DNA of 64,000 nt from Thermomonas sp. GTDB lineage: Bacteria; Pseudomonadota; Gammaproteobacteria; Xanthomonadales; Xanthomonadaceae. The translations under genes were made by a program, and so were the position numbers. Below the pieces are notes generated by a model. It did no database searches and was not told the origin of the DNA. It saw only the letters and a list, made by a program, of their open reading frames with translations. Below are positions 57,195 through 64,000 of the stretch, one piece after another (position 1 is the stretch's first letter; each line of letters starts with the position of its first letter). The stretch lies in the NCBI RefSeq assembly GCF_016720345.1, contig NZ_JADKKV010000001.1. The stretch is one strand, 5' to 3'.

Positions 57195-58537
57195 CTTCGA
57201 CGCTGATCGTCAATGCCCGCCTCGTCAACGAAGGCCGCGAGTTCGACGGCGACCTGCGTTTTTCGAACGGACTGATCGACGAAATCGGCCGCGGCCTGTC
57301 CGCGCGCGCCGGGGAGACCGTGGTCGACGCCGCCGGCCGTCGCCTGCTGCCGGGGATGATCGACGACCAGGTCCATTTCCGCGAACCGGGGATGGAATAC
57401 AAGGCCGATATCGCCAGCGAATCCGCGGCGGCGGTAGCCGGCGGCCTGACCAGTTTCATGGACATGCCCAACACCAGCCCGCCGACGCTGGATGCCGACG
57501 CGCTGGAGGACAAGTACCGCCGCGCCGCGGGCCGTTCGCGCGCGAACTACGGCTTCTACATGGGCGCCAGCAACGACAACCTGGCCGCGGTCCGCGCGAT
57601 CGACCCGCGCGCCACGCCCGGGTTGAAGGTGTTCATGGGCGCGTCCACCGGCAACATGCTGGTCGACGACCCGGAGACCCTGGACGCGATCTTCCGCGAC
57701 ACCCCGGTGCCGATCATCACCCACTGCGAGGACACCCCGACCATCGACGCCAACCTCGCGCTGTTCCGGGCGAAGCATGGCGACGCCATCCCGGTCGAAT
57801 GCCACCCGGACATCCGCTCCCGCGAGGCCTGCATCAAGTCGACCCGGCTGGCGCTGGAACTCGCGCGCCGGCACGGCACCCAATTGCACGTGTTGCACAT
57901 CTCCACTGCCGACGAACTGGCGCTGTTCGAGCAGGGCCCGCTGATCCGTGCCGACGGCAGCCGCAAGCCGATCACCGCCGAGACCTGCGTGCATTTCCTG
58001 CGCTTCGCCCGCGCCGACTACGCGCGGCTTGGCAACCTGATCAAGTGCAACCCGGCGATCAAGGACGAGGCCGACCGCCAGGCGCTGATCGACGCGCTGG
58101 CCGACGACCGCATCGATGTCCTCGCCACCGACCACGCCCCGCACACGCTGGAAGAAAAGGCGAAGCCCTACGCGGCTGCGCCCAGCGGCCTGCCGCTGGT
58201 GCAGTTCGCGCTCAACGCGGCGCTGGAACTGGTGCACGAAGGCCGGCTGAGCACCGCCCAGGTCGTCCAGAAGTTCGCGCATGCGCCGGCGCAGTTGTTC
58301 GACGTGGCCAACCGCGGCTTCCTGCGCGAAGGTTACGCAGCCGATCTCGTGATGATCGACGACACCCCGTTCACCGTGCAACGCGGCGACGTGCTCAGCA
58401 GGTGCGGCTGGTCGCCGTTCGAGGGCACCACCTTCCGTTCGCGGATCGCCGCGACCTGGGTCAACGGCGTGCTGGCCTGGGACGGCTCGGCACTGGTCGG
58501 CGATCCTGCCGGCCAGCGCCTCCGATTCGACCGCTGA
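57191..58537 (+). CDS. pyrC: dihydroorotase-like amidohydrolase (class I type)
   Basis: ATG 57191 overlaps the yidD stop (ATGA). 448 aa; [15 protein letters not shown]...FMDMPNT...[10 protein letters not shown]...HCED...LHVLHISTA...NPAIK...[10 protein letters not shown]. Confidence 0.8.
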   Translation: MTSTLIVNARLVNEGREFDGDLRFSNGLIDEIGRGLSARAGETVVDAAGRRLLPGMIDDQVHFREPGMEYKADIASESAAAVAGGLTSFMDMPNTSPPTLDADALEDKYRRAAGRSRANYGFYMGASNDNLAAVRAIDPRATPGLKVFMGASTGNMLVDDPETLDAIFRDTPVPIITHCEDTPTIDANLALFRAKHGDAIPVECHPDIRSREACIKSTRLALELARRHGTQLHVLHISTADELALFEQGPLIRADGSRKPITAETCVHFLRFARADYARLGNLIKCNPAIKDEADRQALIDALADDRIDVLATDHAPHTLEEKAKPYAAAPSGLPLVQFALNAALELVHEGRLSTAQVVQKFAHAPAQLFDVANRGFLREGYAADLVMIDDTPFTVQRGDVLSRCGWSPFEGTTFRSRIAATWVNGVLAWDGSALVGDPAGQRLRFDR

Positions 58538-59403
58538 TGCGCCGCGTCCTGCTCCCGCTGCTGCCCTGCTTCGCCCTCGCCGGCATCGCCGCTGCGCAGT
58601 CGGTTGCGGGCGATGCCAGTCCGATGGTCGGCGGCGAAGGCGCGGTCCCGGCCCGCGCCACCCGCCTGCCCGCCTCCGCGCAGCAGGGCGCGATGGTGCT
58701 GGGCGTGACCCATCCGGCGGCGACCGTGGAACATGCCGGCCGCAGCCTGCGGGTAACCACGTACGGCAGCTTCGCATTCGGCATCAGCCGCGATCAGACC
58801 GGCGAGGCTATCGTGCGGATCCGGCAACCGGCCAGCGGCTGGATCGAGCACCGGGTCGCCATCACCCCGCGTGACTGGCCGGTCGAGCGCATCGACGGCG
58901 TGCCGCCCGCGACCGTGAACCCACCCAAGGCGATCGCCGAACGCATCGAGCGAGAGCAGGCGCGCGTGGTCGCGGTGCGCAGCCGCGACGATGCCCGCAC
59001 CGGTTTCGCGCAAGCCTTCATCTGGCCGGTGCAGGGCCGCGTCAGCGGCCGCTTCGGCAACCAGCGCGTGTACAACGGCACCCCGAAGTCGCCGCATTCG
59101 GGCATGGACATCGCCGCGCCGAACGGAACGCCGGTCAAGGCGCCCGCCGACGGCGTGGTCAGCTTCGCGGACGCCAGCCTCTACCTGACCGGCGGCACCA
59201 TGGTGCTCGACCACGGCCACGGCATCAGCAGCAATTTCCTGCACCTGTCGCGGATCGATGCGCGGGTCGGCGACGTCGTCAAGCAAGGCGACGTGATTGG
59301 CGCGGTGGGCGCGACCGGACGCGCCACCGGGGCGCACCTGCACTGGGGCATGAACTGGTTCGATGTGCGCATCGACCCGCTGCTGGTGCTTGAGCGCAAG
59401 TAG
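58537..59403 (+). CDS. M23-family metallopeptidase
   Basis: The start is ATG 58537 ([22 protein letters not shown], a signal peptide). The motifs are HSGMDIAAPNGTPVKAPADG...VLDHGHGISSNFLHLS...GATGRATGAHLHWG. Confidence 0.9.
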   Translation: MRRVLLPLLPCFALAGIAAAQSVAGDASPMVGGEGAVPARATRLPASAQQGAMVLGVTHPAATVEHAGRSLRVTTYGSFAFGISRDQTGEAIVRIRQPASGWIEHRVAITPRDWPVERIDGVPPATVNPPKAIAERIEREQARVVAVRSRDDARTGFAQAFIWPVQGRVSGRFGNQRVYNGTPKSPHSGMDIAAPNGTPVKAPADGVVSFADASLYLTGGTMVLDHGHGISSNFLHLSRIDARVGDVVKQGDVIGAVGATGRATGAHLHWGMNWFDVRIDPLLVLERK

Positions 59404-59520
59404 CCCTTGTCTCCCCCGCTTGCGCGAAGCGCAGGGTGAGGTTGGGAGGGTGTGCTTTTGTCGCGAATCCCGACCAGCCGCACCCCACCCCAACCCTCCC
59501 CTGCTTCGCAAGGGTGGGGG
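59404..59520. repeat. REP-like imperfect palindromic intergenic element
   Basis: CCCTTG...CGAAGCGCAGGGTGAGGTTGGGAGGGTGTGC (left arm) faces GCACCCCACCCCAACCCTCCCCTGCTTCGCAAGGG (right arm). It lies between the convergent M23 and folE2 genes and probably also serves as a terminator. Confidence 0.6.
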
Positions 59521-59526
59521 CGGACC

Positions 59527-60450
59527 TCAGGCGTTCCTGCCACTCACGGATGCGACCGCATCGTGCGGATGCAGGCTCTCGAAATGCGCCACCCGCACCT
59601 GCCACGCGCTGACCCGCGGATCCGTCGCCAGCGCGGCGGCCACCCGGCGCGCGGCGTCTTCGCAGAACATCAGGTTGGCCGCGTTGAGCTCGGCGAAGGC
59701 CTGTTCGTCCTCGCGCTTGACCGCGGTCTGCACCGGCGTGCCGAGCGCGGCTTCCACCGCATCCACCAGCGCCTTCAACGGCAATTCGTCGAATGCCGGC
59801 TTCAGTTCCACCCGCAGCTCGGCGCGGCTGCGCTGCGCGTGCGGGGTTGCGGCAAGCCCGCGCTCCGATGCCAGCCAGTCGCGCACCGCATCGTTCGACA
59901 GCGGGCGCACCCCGGCGAAATCCGTGGCGAAGCGTTGCGCATTGACCTGCCGCGACAGCGCCGCCGAGGCCGGGCAAGTGCTCGAGTATTCGACCGAGAA
60001 CGCCAGCGACAACTGCAGGTGGCCGTCGCGCAACTCGGCCTCCAGCGCCACCGGGTAATTCTTCCAGCCGCTGTTGCCACTGGCCAGCGCCGGCCGCAGC
60101 AACAGGTGGTCGTAGCGCAGGCGCAGGCGCGCACGCGACGACAATCCCTGCTGCGAGGCGATGCACGATTCCAGCAACTTGCGCAGCGCGGGCGCGCTCA
60201 GCGCCTCGTTCGCCAGCGACTCCTGCAGCTGCAGGTACAGCCGCGACATGTGGATGCCGCGCGCGGCGGCGTCGCCAAGGTCGACCGCGACATCCACCTG
60301 TGCCGGCACGTGCAGTGCCTGGCCGTGCTCGCCCTGGAGGCGGATCGGCAGGGCCATCGCGTCCATCCCGACCCAGTCCAGCGGCCGTGCCAGCGCGGGC
60401 GCATCGGCGGCGACATCGGGGAGCGACGAATGACGGGAGCGGTTGTGCAT
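59527..60450 (-). CDS. folE2: GTP cyclohydrolase FolE2 (type IB)
   Basis: The start is ATG 60450 (MHNRSRHSSLPDV). RGIHMSRLY...SVEYSSTCPASAAL...AATPHAQRS...NLMFCEDAARR...HFESLHPHDAVA fits the FolE2/DUF198 pattern. About 307 aa. Confidence 0.8.
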   Translation of the reverse strand: MHNRSRHSSLPDVAADAPALARPLDWVGMDAMALPIRLQGEHGQALHVPAQVDVAVDLGDAAARGIHMSRLYLQLQESLANEALSAPALRKLLESCIASQQGLSSRARLRLRYDHLLLRPALASGNSGWKNYPVALEAELRDGHLQLSLAFSVEYSSTCPASAALSRQVNAQRFATDFAGVRPLSNDAVRDWLASERGLAATPHAQRSRAELRVELKPAFDELPLKALVDAVEAALGTPVQTAVKREDEQAFAELNAANLMFCEDAARRVAAALATDPRVSAWQVRVAHFESLHPHDAVASVSGRNA

Positions 60451-60514
60451 CGCGCCATTGTACCGGCGCGGAGGTGACCACCCGTGCAACGCTGCGTGCC
60501 CCGTCCTGGCGCGA

Positions 60515-61201
60515 TCAGCCGCGGGCGGCGCGCCAGGCGGTCGCCAGTGCGCCAAGCCGCGGCAGCGCTGGCGGCTTGCCCTGCGCGTGGCGTTGCAGGC
60601 GGCCACGGACCACCGCGGCATGGATGCGCCCCGGCCGGGTGCCGTCGCCGGGCGGCGGCCATTGCGCCAGCAACCCGCGCGACCAGCCGCGGACGTCAAG
60701 GTCGCCCAGCGGCGTCGCGCCGTCCGGATGGCGCATCGCGCGCTCGGCCAGCAGCGACAGCACCACGTTGCGCGCCGGCGCCGGGGCGACACTGTCGAAC
60801 AGGTGCTGGGCAACCCCGGCCACCGCTTCTGCGTACGGCTCCAGGGCGAAGATCGCGCCATCAAGGTTGGCCGGGCGCTCGCGGCTCGCGCGCAGCGCCG
60901 GCAGGCAGGCCGCCAGGTTGTCCCAGGGCGCCTGCACCTTCTGCAACGCAAGCCCCAGCGGGTGCCGGCGCGCGCCGCGCGACCAGCCATCCAGTTCCTC
61001 GGCCCACCAGCCCAGCTTGGCATCGCCCGGGAGCGGGTCCTGCCCGCCCCACGCCGCGTCGCCGAGTTCGTCGCGCAGGGCGAACCAGGCCTGCGCACGC
61101 TCGCGCTGGGCCGCCGGCACGAACACTTCGGCCACCGCCCATTCCGGCCAGCGCGCCCGCCACTTGGCGAGGAACGCCTGCAAGGCGTCGACGTCGCTCA
61201 T
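60515..61201 (-). CDS. hypothetical protein (possibly squalene/phytoene-synthase-like fold)
   Basis: ATG 61201 ([21 protein letters not shown]) overlaps the gph stop by ATGA. The KLGWWAEEL motif is reminiscent of the KLxWWRxxL block of that family. The functional call is weak. Confidence 0.55.
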   Translation of the reverse strand: MSDVDALQAFLAKWRARWPEWAVAEVFVPAAQRERAQAWFALRDELGDAAWGGQDPLPGDAKLGWWAEELDGWSRGARRHPLGLALQKVQAPWDNLAACLPALRASRERPANLDGAIFALEPYAEAVAGVAQHLFDSVAPAPARNVVLSLLAERAMRHPDGATPLGDLDVRGWSRGLLAQWPPPGDGTRPGRIHAAVVRGRLQRHAQGKPPALPRLGALATAWRAARG

Positions 61202-61875
61202 CGCAGCGACGCCCACAAGCCAGGATCCAGCAGGTCGTGCACGCGGTCGGCCAGGGCGTCGCCACCCCAGTCCCGCGGGTCGTCGTCGTCGCGGCGGTAG
61301 CCCCACAGCGCCACCACCGAACGCATCCCGGCCGCGCGCGCGGACGCGATGTCGCGCTGGTCGTCGCCGACGTAGGCGCAATCCCCGATCGCGACCCCCA
61401 GCTGCTCGGCCGAATGCAGCAACGGCAACGGATGCGGCTTGCGTTCCGGCAGGGTGTCGCCGCCGACCAGGATCGCGCTGCGGGTGTCCCAGCCGAGCGC
61501 CGGCATGACCTGCACCGCCAGGTATTCCGGCTTGTTGGTGACGATGCCCCAGCGGCTGCCGGCGGCCTCGATCGCGTCCAGCAATTCGGCCACGCCATCG
61601 AACAGCAGGCTGTGCCTGCCGAGTTCGCCTTCGTAGGTGTCGAGGAATTCTCGGATCAGCTCCGCCGGCACCTCGCCGCCCAGTTCGGGGAAGGCGGCCG
61701 CGCTCATCGCCCGCGAACCCTTCGACACGTGCGGGCGCAGTTCGTGCAGCGGCATCGGTGCGCGCCCGCGCGCCGCGCGCATGCGGTTGACCGTGGCCAG
61801 CATGTCCGGCGCGCTGTCCAGCAGGGTGCCGTCGAGGTCGAACAGCACCAGTTTCGGGAACGCATGCGCGGTCAT
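61198..61875 (-). CDS. gph: phosphoglycolate phosphatase (HAD family)
   Basis: The start is ATG 61875. The motifs are [13 protein letters not shown]...IVTNKP...[16 protein letters not shown]. It overlaps the ubiG stop by ATGA. Confidence 0.85.
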   Translation of the reverse strand: MTAHAFPKLVLFDLDGTLLDSAPDMLATVNRMRAARGRAPMPLHELRPHVSKGSRAMSAAAFPELGGEVPAELIREFLDTYEGELGRHSLLFDGVAELLDAIEAAGSRWGIVTNKPEYLAVQVMPALGWDTRSAILVGGDTLPERKPHPLPLLHSAEQLGVAIGDCAYVGDDQRDIASARAAGMRSVVALWGYRRDDDDPRDWGGDALADRVHDLLDPGLWASLR

Positions 61876-62600
61876 GCGCGTGCTTCGACCGGGCCGGGCT
61901 TGCGCGCGCAGGCGAGGTAATTCACGTCGGTGCGCGACGACAGCCGCGCGCCGTTGCGCCACGGCTCGTACATCAGGCCGCTGACGTCCTCCAGCTGCAG
62001 GCCGGCGTCGCGCAGCCACCCGGCCAGTTCCGATGGCCGGATGAAGTCGCGGTAGCGGTGGGTGCCGCGCGGCAGCAGGCGGGCGACGTACTCGGCGCCG
62101 ACGATCGCCAGCGCGAACGCGGCCGGGGTGCGGTTCAGGGTGGACAGGAACAGGCGGCCACCGGGCTTCAGCAGCCGCGCGCAGGCTTCGATCACGGATG
62201 CCGGGTCCGGCACGTGCTCCAGCATTTCCATGCAGGTGACCGCGTCGAACGCCGGTGGCGCGTCCGCGGCCAGCGCCTCGACCGCCAGCGCGCGGTACTC
62301 GACCTTGATCCCGGACTCGAGCCCATGCAGGCGCGCGACCTTCAGCAGGTTCGGGGCCAGGTCGATGGCGGTGACCCTTGCCCCGGCCCGTGCCAGCCCC
62401 TCGCTGAGCAGGCCGCCGCCGCAGCCCACGTCCAGCACCGCGGCATCGCGCAACTGCGCGCGTTCGGCCACATAGGACAGGCGCACGGGGTTGAGCGCAT
62501 GCAGCGCCCGCTGCGGCCCGTTGGGATCCCACCAGCGCTGGGCCAGTTCGTCGAACTTGTCGAGCTCGGCCTGCGAGTAATTGCCAGCTGCTGCATTCAT
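61872..62600 (-). CDS. ubiG: bifunctional 3-demethylubiquinol / 2-polyprenyl-6-hydroxyphenol methyltransferase
   Basis: The start is ATG 62600 ([28 protein letters not shown]). The SAM motif is [13 protein letters not shown]. It ends ...[10 protein letters not shown]. Confidence 0.92.
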   Translation of the reverse strand: MNAAAGNYSQAELDKFDELAQRWWDPNGPQRALHALNPVRLSYVAERAQLRDAAVLDVGCGGGLLSEGLARAGARVTAIDLAPNLLKVARLHGLESGIKVEYRALAVEALAADAPPAFDAVTCMEMLEHVPDPASVIEACARLLKPGGRLFLSTLNRTPAAFALAIVGAEYVARLLPRGTHRYRDFIRPSELAGWLRDAGLQLEDVSGLMYEPWRNGARLSSRTDVNYLACARKPGPVEARA

Positions 62601-63937
62601 GGTGTGCGCACCGTTGCGATCCGTTCGCGCCATTGCCTGGCGTTGGCGAGCACGCCATCGAGGTCGATGTCGACCAGTACCCGCTGGCGCAGCTTGTGCA
62701 CGCCCGCGATCCAGACATCGGCGACCTGCTGGCGGGCGCTCGCGTAGACCAGCTGCGAGACCACGTTGTGCAGGGGCTGGGTCTCGATCGCGGACAGGTC
62801 CACGCAGGCGAGGTCGGCCTGCTTGCCCGGCTCGATGCTGCCGACGAGGTGGTCGAAGCCGATCGCCTTCGCCCCGCCCAGGGTCGCCGCGCGCAGGGCC
62901 TCGTGCGCGTCGAAGCCGGCGGCATCATCGGCCACCGCCTTCGCCAGCATCGCCGCGGTGCGGGTCTCGCCGACCATGTCGAGGTCGTTGTTGGACGCGC
63001 AGCCATCGGTGCCGATGGCGAGGTTGACGCCCGCGCGTTGCAGCGCGCAGACCGGGCAGAAGCCGGACGCCAGCTTGAGGTTGGATTCCGGGCAGTGCAC
63101 CACGCTGACCCCGCGTTCGGCACACAGGTGGATCTCGGCCTCGGTCAGCTGGGTCATGTGCACCGCGATCAGGCGGTCGTTGACCAGCCCCAGCCGGTCC
63201 AGCCGCGCGATCGGGCGCTGGCCGTGCTTTTCCAGCGACTGCCGGACTTCCTGCGCGGTCTCGTGCAGGTGCAGGTGCACCGGCACGTCCAGTTGGTCGG
63301 CCAGCATGCGCACGCGCTCGAAGTTGGCATCGTTCACCGTGTACGGCGCATGCGGCGCGAACGCGGTGCCGACCAGGGCGTCGCCGCGCCACTGGTCGTG
63401 GACCTCGCCGGCGCGCTCGAAGTATTCGTCGTCGCTGCTCGCCCAGGCGGTCGGGAAGTCGATCACCGGCAGCCCGACCCGCGCGCGGAAGCCGTGGCGC
63501 TTGTAGGTCGCGGCCTGCACGTCGGGGAAGAAGTAGTTCTCGTTGCAGCAGGTGGTGCCGCCGCGCAGCATCTCGGCGATCGCCAGGGTCACGCCGTCGG
63601 CGACGAAGCCCGGCCCCATCACCGCCGCCTCGATCGGCCAGATGTGCTGCTGCAGCCAGACCTTCAGCGGCAGGTCGTCGGCGACCCCGCGCAGCAGGGT
63701 CATCGGGTTGTGGGTGTGGGCGTTGACCAGGCCGGGAATCAGCGCGGCCTCGGGGCGCGCGACCGTCTGCTTCGCCACGAAGCGAGCGCGCGCCTCGGCG
63801 ATCGGCAGCACGGCGACGACGCATCCGCCGGAAACGACGACGGCGTGGTCGACCAGGACCACGCCGTGCGGGACCACCGGCACCACCCAGCCGGCTTCGA
63901 TCAGGAGGTCGCAGGCCTGCGGGGCGGATTCGGTCAT
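62597..63937 (-). CDS. mtaD: TRZ/ATZ-family amidohydrolase (5-methylthioadenosine/S-adenosylhomocysteine deaminase-like)
   Basis: 446 aa; [16 protein letters not shown]...HLHLHET...[10 protein letters not shown]...GTDGCASNN. Confidence 0.85.
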   Translation of the reverse strand: MTESAPQACDLLIEAGWVVPVVPHGVVLVDHAVVVSGGCVVAVLPIAEARARFVAKQTVARPEAALIPGLVNAHTHNPMTLLRGVADDLPLKVWLQQHIWPIEAAVMGPGFVADGVTLAIAEMLRGGTTCCNENYFFPDVQAATYKRHGFRARVGLPVIDFPTAWASSDDEYFERAGEVHDQWRGDALVGTAFAPHAPYTVNDANFERVRMLADQLDVPVHLHLHETAQEVRQSLEKHGQRPIARLDRLGLVNDRLIAVHMTQLTEAEIHLCAERGVSVVHCPESNLKLASGFCPVCALQRAGVNLAIGTDGCASNNDLDMVGETRTAAMLAKAVADDAAGFDAHEALRAATLGGAKAIGFDHLVGSIEPGKQADLACVDLSAIETQPLHNVVSQLVYASARQQVADVWIAGVHKLRQRVLVDIDLDGVLANARQWRERIATVRTP

Positions 63938-63941
63938 CGGC

Positions 63942-64000
63942 TTACTTCACGCGGCTGACGTATTCGCCGCTGCGGGTATCGACCTTGACCACCTCGTCCT
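63942..64000 (-). CDS. 3' end of an unidentified gene (runs off the right edge)
   Basis: The minus-strand frame ...DEVVKVDTRSGEYVSRVK ends at TAA (63942-63944), 4 nt before the mtaD start. There is too little sequence to name it. Confidence 0.4.
   Translation of the reverse strand, partial: DEVVKVDTRSGEYVSRVK

Noticed and set aside
60451-60514. Zur box upstream of folE2 (FolE2 is zinc-regulated in many bacteria)
   Set aside because: No AT-rich palindrome is visible in the 64-nt spacer, so the gene may simply be co-transcribed with the upstream operon.

Overview
High-GC gammaproteobacterial chromosome segment with Xanthomonadales/Lysobacterales hallmarks: the acetylated arginine pathway operon, a long Ala/Lys/Pro-rich DksA and a REP-like palindrome. 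The left edge holds partial hisS and tRNA-Pro(CGG). About 1.6-42.3 kb is an accessory block. It opens with a hybrid histidine kinase translationally coupled to a SAM methyltransferase. A type VI secretion (T6SS) cluster follows, with 12 of the 13 core genes. On the minus strand it has tssE-hcp-tssC-tssB, tssA, and tssM-tssL-tssK plus a TraB/GumN-like gene. On the plus strand it has a LuxR-type response regulator, an MltA-like transglycosylase and tssF-tssG-clpV-vgrG, followed by a DUF4123 adaptor, a 118-aa ORF and a 518-aa repeat protein. A convergent OmpA-lipoprotein plus DUF4280 (PAAR-like) pair closes the cluster. No tssJ is visible. After a second hybrid kinase comes a three-gene operon: an exported TPR-CHAT protease, TpsB, and a ~1740-aa TpsA exoprotein split by a frameshift at a C4/G4 run. 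The right ~22 kb is housekeeping: proBA, argH-argC-argB-argE'-argG-argF', cysS-sufE-MFS, dksA, yidD-pyrC-like-M23, folE2, gph, ubiG, mtaD. Many of these are linked by ATGA start/stop overlaps. I saw no rRNA, CRISPR array, transposase or integrase. The best leads are: (1) a putative T6SS cargo built almost entirely of 11-residue repeats; (2) the CHAT-TpsB-TpsA operon; (3) A9 and T10 homopolymers made of rare codons inside tssM. Most long ORFs in the supplied track that lie antisense to, or out of frame with, these genes are GC-rich shadow ORFs. All protein-family calls come from reading motifs by eye, not from database searches.
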